A DNA stretch of 64,000 bases, taken from Candidatus Falkowbacteria bacterium GW2011_GWF2_43_32. Lineage in GTDB: Bacteria; Patescibacteriota; Patescibacteriia; Patescibacteriales; UBA12465. The notes under the pieces were generated by a model that was not told where the DNA came from, made no database searches, and saw nothing but the letters and a program-made list of their open reading frames with translations. This document shows, in pieces, positions 16,465-26,633 of this stretch (its first letter is position 1; every line of letters begins with the position of its first letter). Where the stretch lies: positions 26,942 through 90,941 of the forward strand of contig LCGL01000003.1 in the NCBI GenBank assembly GCA_000999715.1, read 5' to 3'. The translations under genes were made by a program, and so were the position numbers.

Positions 16465-17922
16465 ATGCTATTTTTCAAAAATAAAATTCGCTTGCGCTTC
16501 GCGCCGTCACCGACCGGCTTTCTTCATCTGGGCAGTCTACGCGCCGCTTTATTCACCTATCTTTTGGCCAAAAGCCGGAAGGGACGATTTATTCTGCGCA
16601 TTGAAGACACCGATCAAAAAAGGGAAGTGTCGGGAGCGACCGATAATTTAATCAAAGTTCTGCGCACGGTCGGCCTGGAATTTGACGAAGGTCCGCACTG
16701 CGGCGGAAAATATGGACCCTACATACAAACGGGAAGACTGGGTATTTATAAACAACAAGCCGATCGGCTCTTGCAAACAGGCCAAGCCTATCGCTGTTTC
16801 TGTTCGCCCGAGCGTTTGACGAAAATGCGGGCGGCGCAAGAAGCCGACAAACAACCGCCACGTTATGATCGACTGTGCCGCGAGCTCAGCGTAGCCGAAT
16901 CCGATCGACGCGCGGCCGCCGGAGACTCTTTTGTGATTCGTCAAAAAATGCCGACGAACGGCGAAGTGACCGTATTTGACGAACTGCGCGGCAACATTAA
17001 ATTTTCGGCCGCCGACTTGGACGATCAGGTCCTGATGAAATCCGACGGCATCCCCACATATCAACTGGCCAATGTCATTGACGACCATCTGATGAAAATT
17101 TCTCACGTTACTCGCGGCGACGAATGGTTGCCCTCTTTTCCAAAAAATATTTTGCTCTACCGAGCTTTCGCTTGGACAGCGCCGAAATTCATCCACTTGC
17201 CCTTGATTCTGAACAAGGAGGGCGGAAAACTCAGCAAACGCCAAGGCGATGTCTTCGTGGAAGATTATTTGGCCAAAGGATATTTACCGGAAGCTTTAAT
17301 CAATTTTAGCGCGCTCCTCGGCTGGCATCCCAAAAACGATAAAGAAATTTGGTCGCTCAAAGAATTGAAAAAAGAATTTTCCTTATCCGGCCTCGGCGCC
17401 AGTCCGGCGATTTTTGACGCGGAGAAATTGGATTATTATAACGGCTATTATATCCGACAAAAATCATTATCGGCCTTGGCCGATTTATGCCGACCGTATC
17501 TGGAGGCCGCCGGTCGACCGGTAAAGGAAAAAGACAAATTGGAAAAATATGTCTCCCTGGCCCAGGACCGCATGAAAAAATTAATCGATATCGTGGAATT
17601 GACCGATTTTATATTTGCTCTCCCCGATTATAATTCCGAACTCCTCGGTTGGAAAACTTTAACTCCGGAAAGCGCCAAAAACAATTTACAAATTCTCAAA
17701 ACCGAACTGGAAAAAATCACGGCAGAAAAATGGAATAAAGACTATCTGGAAAAAACCGTTCTCGCTTGGATTAAAAATCGTCAGGAAAAAAACGGCGACC
17801 ATCTCTGGCCGATGCGCGTCGCCTTGACCGGTCTTAAAAACAGTCCCGGACCTTTTGAAACGGCCGCCGCCTTAGGCAGGGAAGAGAGTCTAAAAAGGAT
17901 AGCCAAAGCTATAAAAATCTAA
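16465..17922 (+). CDS. gltX: Glutamate--tRNA ligase
   Basis: RFAPSPTGFLHLG, RIEDTD, KLSKR; start placed at MLFFK (track start 16423). Confidence 0.95.
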   Translation: MLFFKNKIRLRFAPSPTGFLHLGSLRAALFTYLLAKSRKGRFILRIEDTDQKREVSGATDNLIKVLRTVGLEFDEGPHCGGKYGPYIQTGRLGIYKQQADRLLQTGQAYRCFCSPERLTKMRAAQEADKQPPRYDRLCRELSVAESDRRAAAGDSFVIRQKMPTNGEVTVFDELRGNIKFSAADLDDQVLMKSDGIPTYQLANVIDDHLMKISHVTRGDEWLPSFPKNILLYRAFAWTAPKFIHLPLILNKEGGKLSKRQGDVFVEDYLAKGYLPEALINFSALLGWHPKNDKEIWSLKELKKEFSLSGLGASPAIFDAEKLDYYNGYYIRQKSLSALADLCRPYLEAAGRPVKEKDKLEKYVSLAQDRMKKLIDIVELTDFIFALPDYNSELLGWKTLTPESAKNNLQILKTELEKITAEKWNKDYLEKTVLAWIKNRQEKNGDHLWPMRVALTGLKNSPGPFETAAALGREESLKRIAKAIKI

Positions 17923-18009
17923 AATTTACTCAATTCTTGCCATTTATATATTTACAGCTTCTTTAAATTATGTTATAATTAAGAAATTACAGTTAAGCTC
18001 TCGTCAATT

Positions 18010-19287
18010 ATGAATACTTTCGATAACCAAGTCGATTTTGCCGCTAAAACTAAACGAACTTTCTTCCGCTATTGCAAAATAAGCTTGTTTTTGATTATTT
18101 TGATCGGCTTAATCGGCGCGGCGCCGGAGACTTTCAGCCAAAGTGGCAGTATCAACGATGAAATCAACAGTCTTAATTTAAAAATTCAAAATCAAAAAAA
18201 ACAATTGGAGCAATTAGCCACCAAACAAAAGGAGTATGAAGCGCAAATTGCGGCCAAGCAACGAGATAAGGCGAATTTGAACAACCAGTTGGCTATTTTG
18301 GAGAATCGCATTGCCAAAGCGCAATTGGATATTGAAGGCGCCAACTTGGAAATGGATAAAACCAGTCTAGAAATCAAAAAGGCGGAAATAGACAGTCTGA
18401 ATCTGGATCAAGAAATCGAGGAACAAAAAAATCACATTACCAATCTGCTGCGCTTAATGTACAAACAAGAACAAGTTTCCACCTTGGAAATATTGTTGAT
18501 GAACGATTCGCTGGCCGATTTTATGAATCAGATCAAATATCTGGAAAACGCCAACACGGAAATCGGCAAAAATGTGGCCGTTCTAAAACGCAACAAAGAC
18601 CAGTTGGAACATAATAAGGAAACTTTAATCCAAAAAAATCTGGAATTGGCGTCTTTAAAAAACCAACTGAAAGAACGGGAGGGAAATCTGATTTACGATC
18701 AGGAAAATAAAAGCTATCTGCTGGAGGAAACACGTTCCTCGGAACGGGAATATCAGGCTCTCTTGCAAAAAGCCAAACAAGAACAGCAACAGGCGCAAGC
18801 GGAAATAGCCAGCGCCGAACAGCTTATCCGGCAAAAGATGTCGCAACAGGACAAGAATCGCCTGGACAGCGGCAGCAGCGATATGGTCTGGCCGATTTCC
18901 AGCCACATGGTCACCGCCAGTTTTCATGATGCGGATTATCCTTATCGCAACATCATCGGCGAACATACCGGCATCGATATTCGCGCCAAACAGGGAACGA
19001 CTTTATCCGCCGCGGCCGACGGTTACGTCGCCAAGGTTAAATTTGACGGCAGTCGCAACTATGCTTATATCATGATTATCCACAGCAACGGCCTGGCGAC
19101 GGTCTACGGCCACGTTTCGGCCGTTTATGTCGCCACCGACCAATATGTCGTCCGGGGACAAGCCATCGGTCGTACCGGAGGCACGCCGGGCGGCGCCGGT
19201 TCCGGCAGTTTTTCCACCGGTCCGCATCTGCACTTTGAAGTCCGCCTGAACGGCTTACCGGTCAATCCGCTGAAATATCTGCCCTAA
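18010..19287 (+). CDS. Coiled-coil M23 peptidase (EnvC/NlpD-like)
   Basis: Signal/TM, long coiled coil, HTGID, YGH, STGPHLHFE motifs. Confidence 0.9.
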   Translation: MNTFDNQVDFAAKTKRTFFRYCKISLFLIILIGLIGAAPETFSQSGSINDEINSLNLKIQNQKKQLEQLATKQKEYEAQIAAKQRDKANLNNQLAILENRIAKAQLDIEGANLEMDKTSLEIKKAEIDSLNLDQEIEEQKNHITNLLRLMYKQEQVSTLEILLMNDSLADFMNQIKYLENANTEIGKNVAVLKRNKDQLEHNKETLIQKNLELASLKNQLKEREGNLIYDQENKSYLLEETRSSEREYQALLQKAKQEQQQAQAEIASAEQLIRQKMSQQDKNRLDSGSSDMVWPISSHMVTASFHDADYPYRNIIGEHTGIDIRAKQGTTLSAAADGYVAKVKFDGSRNYAYIMIIHSNGLATVYGHVSAVYVATDQYVVRGQAIGRTGGTPGGAGSGSFSTGPHLHFEVRLNGLPVNPLKYLP

Positions 19288-19321
19288 ATTTCCGCCGCAA
19301 CAAACATAAATAAATTACTGC

Positions 19322-19349
19322 AAAAAAACGAGTTTAAAACTCGTTTTTT
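19322..19349. terminator. Bidirectional terminator
   Basis: AAAAAACGAGTTT-A-AAACTCGTTTTTT. Confidence 0.85.
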
Positions 19350-19375
19350 AGACGGCTATTTTATATTCGCGATGA

Positions 19376-20332
19376 TCAAAAATTTCGTCCCTCATGCACT
19401 TTACGATGAATATCTCTTAGCTGTTTGTTGGTCACATGGGTGTAGATTTGCGTCGTGGCGATATTGCTGTGACCCAAGAATTCTTGCACCGTCCGCAGGT
19501 CGACGCCTTGATTGAGCAAATCGGTGGCGAAAGAATGACGTAAAGTATGCGGAGTCGCCATCACCGGCAAACCGGTTATTTTAACATATTTTTTAACTAT
19601 ATCCTCGATACTTTTGACCGACAAACGACGCGATTGTTCGGACTGATGATTACCGCGGCGATAATTGATAAATAAAGCTTCGTCCATATCCCGACGTTCC
19701 CGTAAATAAGCGCGCAAGGCTCTAACGGCTCGCTCGGAAAAATAAACTGTCCGAATTTTTCCGCCCTTACCGATAATGGCCGTCTCAATATCAACCGTTT
19801 CATCTTTGACACGCAATTGATCGCTATTCAAAGCCGCCAATTCGGCGACACGCAAACCGGTGGAAAATAAAGTTTCCAATAGCGCCCGATCGCGCAAACC
19901 GATGACGGTATCGGCGCTGGGCGCGCTTAATAATCGCGATAACTGTTCCAATTTTAAAAACTTAACTTCTTTGTCCGCCTTGTCTTTGGCCAATTTTACT
20001 TTTGATGACGGCAGGGAAGCGATGTCTTTCTCCGCAAAAAACTCCAAGAGAGAGCGCAGAGCGATCAAATAATAATTCTGAGTCGTCTTTTTTAAAGTTT
20101 TTTTTGTTTTAGGATTGGCGTGTCGCGACAAATAAACTTTATATTGCCAAATCAATTCCGGGGTCAGGGAAGCCGGCGTTAAATTTTCCCGCTTAATTTC
20201 TTTCAACCAATAAAAAAATTTGCGCAAAAAACGAGTGTAATTTTCTTGCGTTTTAGACGACAGACCTTTCTCGATTTCGCAATAATCTAAAAAATCTATC
20301 AAATATTTAATTAACGGTTTATTTTTATCCAT
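19376..20332 (-). CDS. XerC/XerD-family tyrosine recombinase
   Basis: RDRA...TGLRVAEL, GKGGK, HTLRHSFAT, LGHSNIATTQIYTHV. Confidence 0.93.
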   Translation of the reverse strand: MDKNKPLIKYLIDFLDYCEIEKGLSSKTQENYTRFLRKFFYWLKEIKRENLTPASLTPELIWQYKVYLSRHANPKTKKTLKKTTQNYYLIALRSLLEFFAEKDIASLPSSKVKLAKDKADKEVKFLKLEQLSRLLSAPSADTVIGLRDRALLETLFSTGLRVAELAALNSDQLRVKDETVDIETAIIGKGGKIRTVYFSERAVRALRAYLRERRDMDEALFINYRRGNHQSEQSRRLSVKSIEDIVKKYVKITGLPVMATPHTLRHSFATDLLNQGVDLRTVQEFLGHSNIATTQIYTHVTNKQLRDIHRKVHEGRNF

Positions 20333-20413
20333 AAGACGATTGATGTTTCATTTTATCAACCCGGGGCAGGAAACAAACAACTTTGTTAACTGCCTCTTTT
20401 CTTGCTCAACAAT

Positions 20414-20457
20414 ACTTCGCATAATGTATATTAATATACCTTATAGCTAAGTTAAAT
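20414..20457. other. dif-like Xer binding site / imperfect palindrome
   Basis: ACTTCGCATAA-TGTATA-TTA matches the dif XerC arm plus core; lies directly upstream of the xer gene. Confidence 0.65.
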
Positions 20458-20588
20458 ATATCATAACGGCGGCCATATAAGCAAACTTCGCCAATAAGCC
20501 CTCGGATGGCGGAATTAACGACAAATTGATATAATGGCATTATAATTATCCCAACAAAATATCTGCGCAATCATTAATCAAAAATACT

Positions 20589-21152
20589 ATGGAAAAAGAA
20601 ATAAAAAAAGCTAATTTGGGATCGGGCGGTAACTATTTGACGGGATATGTTAACGTTGATAATAACGCGCTTGAAAAAGCCGATGTAGTTCATGATCTTA
20701 ACCGCTACCCCTACCCTTTCCAAAATAATGAATTTGACGAGATTCTGGCCAGCCACGTGATAGAGCACCTTGGCGACCCCTTGGATTTTTTGCAAGAACT
20801 ATGGCGCATAGCTAAACCCGGCGCTCAAATAACGATAAAATGCCCGCATTTTTCTTGTAATTGGTTGCATCCGCGCCATAAATCGGCAATATCTATCAAT
20901 TTATTCACTTTTTTAGATCACAACAACTCGGAAAAATATCTTAATGCGGATTTTCAAGTCAACAGCGTAAAGATGAGATGGCTATTGGGGCGTCAAGGAA
21001 AAAGAGGTCGCCTCAGCGCACGTTTTTTCAACGGAATTATCAGCGGTTTGGCCAACCTTAACCCGGCGCTGGCCGAAAGAATTTGGTGCTATTGGGTCGG
21101 CGGGTTTGAAGAATTAATATTTCTGGTGACAGCCAATAAGCATAGCGATTAA
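20589..21152 (+). CDS. Class I SAM-dependent methyltransferase (type 11-like)
   Basis: NLGSG, VNVD, HVIEH, RIAKPGA motifs. Confidence 0.8.
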   Translation: MEKEIKKANLGSGGNYLTGYVNVDNNALEKADVVHDLNRYPYPFQNNEFDEILASHVIEHLGDPLDFLQELWRIAKPGAQITIKCPHFSCNWLHPRHKSAISINLFTFLDHNNSEKYLNADFQVNSVKMRWLLGRQGKRGRLSARFFNGIISGLANLNPALAERIWCYWVGGFEELIFLVTANKHSD

Positions 21153-21223
21153 GTGTCGCCAAAATTTCTTTAAAATTTTTTTTAAAAATTAATAACCGAT
21201 CGGAGCAATTTCCTAATCGGCGC

Positions 21224-21364
21224 TTACCGTATAATCAAGCCCATCAACTGCACTTGCGGTTGAAACAGCAAAACTATTTTCATGATCAACAGAAAAAAAC
21301 CCACAACCGTGATACAAAACACCACTACCGCCAAGCCGAACAAAAATTTAAAAGCTCCTTCCAT
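21224..21364 (-). CDS. Small membrane protein, 46 aa (not in ORF track)
   Basis: MEGAFKFLFGLAVVVFCITVVGFFLLIMKIVLLFQPQVQLMGLIIR*; starts about 23 nt after the ftsQ stop. Confidence 0.7.
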   Translation of the reverse strand: MEGAFKFLFGLAVVVFCITVVGFFLLIMKIVLLFQPQVQLMGLIIR

Positions 21365-21387
21365 ATGATTGATATTAAAATAAAAAA

Positions 21388-22242
21388 TTAATTAAGATCG
21401 GGATTGATAAAAATCCGATCGCCATAGCGCAAATCAATATAATTCATCTTACTGAAATTATCCTTTATTTTTTCTTTTTTGACAAGCAAAAGGCGTTCCA
21501 ATTGTTCGCCGGCATCGTTTTTAACGTTAAAATAAACCGCCGGACCGTCAAAAAATTTAACCGTAATCATATTCAACTCTTGATCTATAATAAACTTATC
21601 CGCCCGCACTTCAGTTTGTCCGGCCAATTGTTCGCTCAGTTTCAAGAAAAAATTCAAATAATCCTCTTTGATAACGATGCGGTCCCGATCGTCCAATAAA
21701 CTGTTCTCGTTTTTATTTTCCAAAATCGGATATTTGTTCAGCTCTTCATCGACTACAGTCGGCTCTTTAATCACATACCCGTCGGCGGAAGTGTGAAAAA
21801 ACCCGCTTCCCTCTTGAAAAATAAAAGCGTAAGGACGTTCTTGAGCTTGTATTCGTAAGGCGCGCGGCCAACTTCTTTCCACGACGGCGCCGGCCAAATT
21901 ATATTCCGAGGCGATAGTCTGCGCGGCCGCTTCCCTGTCAAATAAAAAAATATTACTTTGCTTAAATATCAAGTAACGACTTTGATCCGCTTGGCTCCAA
22001 ATAATTTGTTCTATTTCCGCCGTTGATATCCGAGTCAAGCCGATAACGGTTACCGCTTGCAAACGCCAAAAAGAAGAAGCCAGAAAAAACCAGCCGGCCA
22101 GAATCAACAACAAAGCGAAAAAAATCAGCCAACGCAAAGAATGACCGCTCTTCCCTTTCTTTTTTCTCGGAAAAAAAGGATTGGCCAAATTTTTACGATG
22201 GTAATCTTGACGAATCTTTTTGGGTCGATGATTTTTAAACAT
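21388..22242 (-). CDS. ftsQ: FtsQ/DivIB-like cell-division protein
   Basis: Basic N-terminus, one TM segment, POTRA (WPRALRIQAQERP), C-terminal YIDLRYG. Confidence 0.8.
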   Translation of the reverse strand: MFKNHRPKKIRQDYHRKNLANPFFPRKKKGKSGHSLRWLIFFALLLILAGWFFLASSFWRLQAVTVIGLTRISTAEIEQIIWSQADQSRYLIFKQSNIFLFDREAAAQTIASEYNLAGAVVERSWPRALRIQAQERPYAFIFQEGSGFFHTSADGYVIKEPTVVDEELNKYPILENKNENSLLDDRDRIVIKEDYLNFFLKLSEQLAGQTEVRADKFIIDQELNMITVKFFDGPAVYFNVKNDAGEQLERLLLVKKEKIKDNFSKMNYIDLRYGDRIFINPDLN

Positions 22243-22264
22243 TTTTTATTTAATATTAGCCAAT

Positions 22265-23398
22265 TTATACTACTTTTCTTCTAATATTAGCCTGTAATTT
22301 AACTAAAATCTCGTAAGGAATGGCCTCGCTTAATTTGGCCAAATTAAGCAAAGAATTATCGGCCTCCGGATTGGCGGCGATAATTTGCACTTTAGCGCCG
22401 ATTTCAACTGCTTGCCGGCCGATATCCAAACAAGCGAGATTCATGCAAATTCGTCCGACAATCGGCGCCCAACAATTGCCGGCACTGCCGGCAACCAAAA
22501 ATTTTGCCCGACCGGACCAACGACGCTCCAGGCCCTCGGAATAACCGAAAGGAATAATCGCGATAGTCGTCGGATTTTTGACATGATAAGTTTCGTTATA
22601 GGAAACACTTTCGCCCGGTTCCAAGGGCTGTAAAGAAACGACCTGAGAAAAAACTTGCAAAGCCGGTCGCAAAACGGAGTTTCTATTTTTCTCCGGCAAA
22701 GGATGATAGCCGTAAAAAGCCAAGCCGGGACGATAAGCGGTCAACAATTTATTATTTAATGTAAACACTCCGGCGGAATTGCCCAAATGAACCCAGCGCG
22801 GGAAAAATCCGGCGGCACGCAGACTGTTCAAAGAAGCGAGAAAATTTTCTTCTTGACGACGATTTAAATCGGAGTCTTCATCGGCCGAAGCCAGGTGCGA
22901 ACATAAACCAACGACGGACACTTTTTCCAAATATTTTTTGTTGCGCGCGATAAAAGCGTCCAAATCCTTGATTCCCTCCCGATTCATGCCGGAATTGACA
23001 AACAAATGAACACGGACACGTTGACCGAAGCGCGCCAAATAACGCAAAGTATTTTCGTTATAAACCACCACCTCCGTTCGTTTCCAACGGCAATAAGTAT
23101 AGGCCTTAAGAGGCATTTCTCCCAAAATCAAAACATTCTTACGGAAATAACGATAAACGATTTGCGCTTCCGGATAAGAATCGACCGCCACCATCAAAGC
23201 GTCGGTGGCGTTTAAAATTTGGCAAACTTCTTTCAAGCCGTGGCCGTACGCGTTGGCTTTCAAAACCGGAAAAATCTCCGCCGTCAGCTGACAACTCTTC
23301 AAATAATTATAATTGGCGATCAAATTGGCGGCCTTGATTTCCACCAAATTCAAAGTTTCATATTTCGGTTTGAATATCTGTCTGAAAAAATTTAACAT
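22265..23398 (-). CDS. alr: Alanine racemase
   Basis: VLKANAYGHG PLP lysine, SGMNREG, GYSEG, GRICMN, IPYE. Confidence 0.93.
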   Translation of the reverse strand: MLNFFRQIFKPKYETLNLVEIKAANLIANYNYLKSCQLTAEIFPVLKANAYGHGLKEVCQILNATDALMVAVDSYPEAQIVYRYFRKNVLILGEMPLKAYTYCRWKRTEVVVYNENTLRYLARFGQRVRVHLFVNSGMNREGIKDLDAFIARNKKYLEKVSVVGLCSHLASADEDSDLNRRQEENFLASLNSLRAAGFFPRWVHLGNSAGVFTLNNKLLTAYRPGLAFYGYHPLPEKNRNSVLRPALQVFSQVVSLQPLEPGESVSYNETYHVKNPTTIAIIPFGYSEGLERRWSGRAKFLVAGSAGNCWAPIVGRICMNLACLDIGRQAVEIGAKVQIIAANPEADNSLLNLAKLSEAIPYEILVKLQANIRRKVV

Positions 23399-23450
23399 AA
23401 TTAATTGATGACTATGGATCAACAATCGGCGAACGACCTGAACGAAAGTT

Positions 23451-24500
23451 TTATTGACTGATTACCCGGCCCTGATCGTTGTTAAAATGATCGTCAAGCA
23501 AATCGGTGGTCGGCTGTCCGAAAGAACCGGTTTTTTCCTCGCCGGTCAGCGCATCTTTGGCATAATAACGCGTCATCATCAGCAAGGGCCAAGATTGTCC
23601 GACATGTTTTTCTTCGGGAATAAACCGCACTTCAAAACCAAAACGATAACTGTCGCTGGCCGGCGTTAATTCCGCTATTTTCCAAATTATCTGACGAGTG
23701 TCGGCGTTATAATCAAACTCTCCGGCCAGAAGCGAACGATCGCCGGCCAATTCTATATTTTCCGGCAAGCGCGCACTGAAGACCAAATTTTTGAATTCCC
23801 CGTCACTGGCCGCTTCCCAAAAAATCCAATAACTGGTCGGAATGCCCACGATCGGCGGCAAAGGACCGATACCCAACTGATCTCCTTGCGGGCTGGTATA
23901 ATAAGCGACACTCTTGACCGTCAAAGCCGCCACCCGAGTGAATGACGGCAAATCAAAATTATGTTTCAATAATTTGCCGCTAAAAATATATTCGCTATGC
24001 GCCTGCCAAGCGACTTGTCGCTGAGTGGTGGCGGTCGTAAAATAAGCTTTCAAATTCACTTCCCCGCCCTGACCGACGGGAATTGCCGTCCAAGTCAATT
24101 CTCGGCCGTTAATTTTAACCGCGGTATTTTCTTCCGCCAATTCCAAACGAGTTAAAACAAAAGCCTTATCGACGGGTGCTAAATTTATTTTCAGATTGCT
24201 AATCGCCGCCGCGCCGTTATTCTGAAAACTTATTTTCAAAGGCACACCCTCTTCCATTTTAACCGCACCGGAGACGGAAGAAAAATACATATCCAAAGGA
24301 GGATTATTCAAATCCAATGTCGGTCCGCTAAAGCCGTCCAGCCAGGAAATGTTCGGTCGATAGGAATACAAAGAAATTACGCCGATCGTCAAACAGATGA
24401 CGATAATGATCAAAGACAAATCCAAAACTAAGTGCCAACGATTTTTAAAATAAAAACGCTCAAAACGTCCGCGAAAATAGCGATGGATGATTTTAATCAT
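23451..24500 (-). CDS. Membrane-anchored Ig-like hypothetical protein
   Basis: One TM segment; GPLPPIVG...YWIFW motif shared with 62967..63995. Confidence 0.65.
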   Translation of the reverse strand: MIKIIHRYFRGRFERFYFKNRWHLVLDLSLIIIVICLTIGVISLYSYRPNISWLDGFSGPTLDLNNPPLDMYFSSVSGAVKMEEGVPLKISFQNNGAAAISNLKINLAPVDKAFVLTRLELAEENTAVKINGRELTWTAIPVGQGGEVNLKAYFTTATTQRQVAWQAHSEYIFSGKLLKHNFDLPSFTRVAALTVKSVAYYTSPQGDQLGIGPLPPIVGIPTSYWIFWEAASDGEFKNLVFSARLPENIELAGDRSLLAGEFDYNADTRQIIWKIAELTPASDSYRFGFEVRFIPEEKHVGQSWPLLMMTRYYAKDALTGEEKTGSFGQPTTDLLDDHFNNDQGRVISQ

Positions 24501-24567
24501 ATGATTATATCTTTTAGAACGTCATTTGCCGACGTCGCTGGACGGGCAAAATAACGAATAAAAAGAT

Positions 24568-26583
24568 TTAATAAAAATTCTTTAAGCCGACCAGTATCTC
24601 CGGATAATCGGCGCCATCCACTTTTCCGACCGTCACTTTGATACCGCCGTGATAATCGGCGTTATAGGCAAAAAAGCTGGACAAAGCGCGACCGGACGCC
24701 GTAAAAACGCGTACTTGCGGACCACCGCCGGATAAAGGACCGGTGACGATTTCCGCGTAACCGTCGCCGTTAAGATCGCCGACCGCCACGCTCACTCCGC
24801 CGCGAAACTTGTCATCGTAAGCCAGAAAACTATTTTCCAGGGCACCCGATAAAGAAAAAACTTTAATCAAAGCCTGTTCACCTTTGCCCGGAGCGGTGAC
24901 GATTTCGTCTTGTCCGTCTCCGTCCACGTCGCCCAAAGCGACATTGACGCCGCAACGCAAGCTTTTGTCATAGGCGAAAAAACTGCCTTCCAACTTGCCG
25001 TCAAAACTGAAAATCATCACTTGCGGACCGCCACCGACGCCGGCGCCGACAATAATTTTACGGAAATAACCGTCTTCAATCCGCGCCGCCAAACTTAATT
25101 GTTTTTTGTATAATTGGTTGTAAGGATTAAAACTGGAAAGTTGAGCGCCATTTTGATATAAACTGACTCGGCCGGCGGCGGCACTAAGATCAACCGATCG
25201 TTCGCCATTTTCGCCGGAAGTCGTGATTACTTCGGCTTCACCGGGATAATTGTTTAAATAGGAAAAGAAACCGTTACGCGTTTGCTGACCGCGGGAATTA
25301 AAGACTCGATAAAAATAGCCGTTGGAAAAAGGCGCATTTTTGATAGTATCGCCGGTTTTCAATAAAACCAAACCGTCTTCGGGCGCCAATTGAATGTAAT
25401 TTATTTTTTGTCCGTTATTGACGATTTTATCTTGCGTGCCTTTTATTTTTTCAAATTCTTCTTTGTCAAAAACGTAGGTTTGTTTTTTGCTGGTGGAGTT
25501 GACGATGGCAACGCCATTTTTAAAATCGCGACGCCAGAGTCCCGGCTGAGCCGTCCGATTGGACACGGCCAAGAGATTATAGGCCAAAGATTGCGGCGCA
25601 CCCAAATCAACATCATATTCGTCATACCACCAAGTTTGTCCGTGATCGGTGACGTCATAATCAAACCCGTAAAAACCGTCGCCCAAAAGGGCGCTGGTCA
25701 AGCCAAACCGGAAATGACGATAATCTTGCCGATTCTTATCGGAAACATTGATAACCGAAACCGACGGGGTGGCCGATAAAGACGGCAGACGCCAATAAGT
25801 ATCGATAGAGCCCGCCCATTGACCGTTACTTTCCCAGGAAGAAGGAAAACTTTCCAACATCATACCGTTCCAAAGCAAACGATAACCCTCATAAACCGTA
25901 CCGTTACCGACAATGATAAAATCGTTGCCGGCCAGGGCGCGAGTTTTGGCCAACATTTTTTTAACGCCTTCGGACCAGAGACGATCCGCTTCGGCCGCAG
26001 TCTCCCGGCGTCCGTCGTTATTAAAATCAAAATCGCCGTTGTTTAGCCAAGAAATGTTGCCCCAAATGTTGTCATAAAATACCCCATCCCACAAACCGCT
26101 GGCCTGAAGATGATTGACGACAAATTCCGGCAAATAATCGTTAAAGCGATAACCGCGATAGTCGGTTTCGGCCGCATCGGAAAGATTAAGCATGGTCGTA
26201 TTCGGCCAAACGGAAACTCCCCGTCCGCTCGTATCTTTCAGCCACCAACCGTCAATAATATTTTTCTTCAACTCCTGACGCAAATAACCGTTATCATAAT
26301 ATTCCACGCCGTTCAACATTTCTTGAGAAGAAACATAGGCCAGAATAATAATTTGCGGATTTAAAGCGCGAATTTTGGCTAATTGGGGACGACTGTTCTC
26401 CTGAACATCCATGTCCAAAATCAATAGATTCCACTTGGCCAATTCTCGCGCTTCGGCGTCGCTAATTTCCCATTTCAAAAAATAATTGGCCAAACGCGGA
26501 TAAACTGTCGGCAAATTCGCCGCCCGCGCCGTCGCGGGCCAAGATATGATGATGATAAAAAATAAAAGTAATAGCTTTTTCAT
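24568..26583 (-). CDS. Secreted putative glycoside hydrolase (TIM barrel) with C-terminal FG-GAP/VCBS repeats
   Basis: Signal peptide; WDGVFYDN, GMMLE; GDVDGDGQDEIV and GDLNGDGYAEIV repeats. Confidence 0.7.
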   Translation of the reverse strand: MKKLLLLFFIIIISWPATARAANLPTVYPRLANYFLKWEISDAEARELAKWNLLILDMDVQENSRPQLAKIRALNPQIIILAYVSSQEMLNGVEYYDNGYLRQELKKNIIDGWWLKDTSGRGVSVWPNTTMLNLSDAAETDYRGYRFNDYLPEFVVNHLQASGLWDGVFYDNIWGNISWLNNGDFDFNNDGRRETAAEADRLWSEGVKKMLAKTRALAGNDFIIVGNGTVYEGYRLLWNGMMLESFPSSWESNGQWAGSIDTYWRLPSLSATPSVSVINVSDKNRQDYRHFRFGLTSALLGDGFYGFDYDVTDHGQTWWYDEYDVDLGAPQSLAYNLLAVSNRTAQPGLWRRDFKNGVAIVNSTSKKQTYVFDKEEFEKIKGTQDKIVNNGQKINYIQLAPEDGLVLLKTGDTIKNAPFSNGYFYRVFNSRGQQTRNGFFSYLNNYPGEAEVITTSGENGERSVDLSAAAGRVSLYQNGAQLSSFNPYNQLYKKQLSLAARIEDGYFRKIIVGAGVGGGPQVMIFSFDGKLEGSFFAYDKSLRCGVNVALGDVDGDGQDEIVTAPGKGEQALIKVFSLSGALENSFLAYDDKFRGGVSVAVGDLNGDGYAEIVTGPLSGGGPQVRVFTASGRALSSFFAYNADYHGGIKVTVGKVDGADYPEILVGLKNFY

Positions 26584-26633
26584 GACATTTTCGGGTTAAC
26601 TCTAATCTGAATGTTTAATCCTTATTATTATCA

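Noticed and set aside
16648..17244. 198-aa antisense ORF and the many other overlapping track ORFs (e.g. 38140..38748, 27354..27848, 32602..32832)
   Set aside because: Shadow frames of well-supported genes with no recognisable motifs; 32602..32832 is antisense to the real ferredoxin.
19376..20332. Tyrosine recombinase as a prophage/ICE integrase
   Set aside because: XerC/D-like size and motifs, adjacent dif-like site, housekeeping neighbours and no phage genes.
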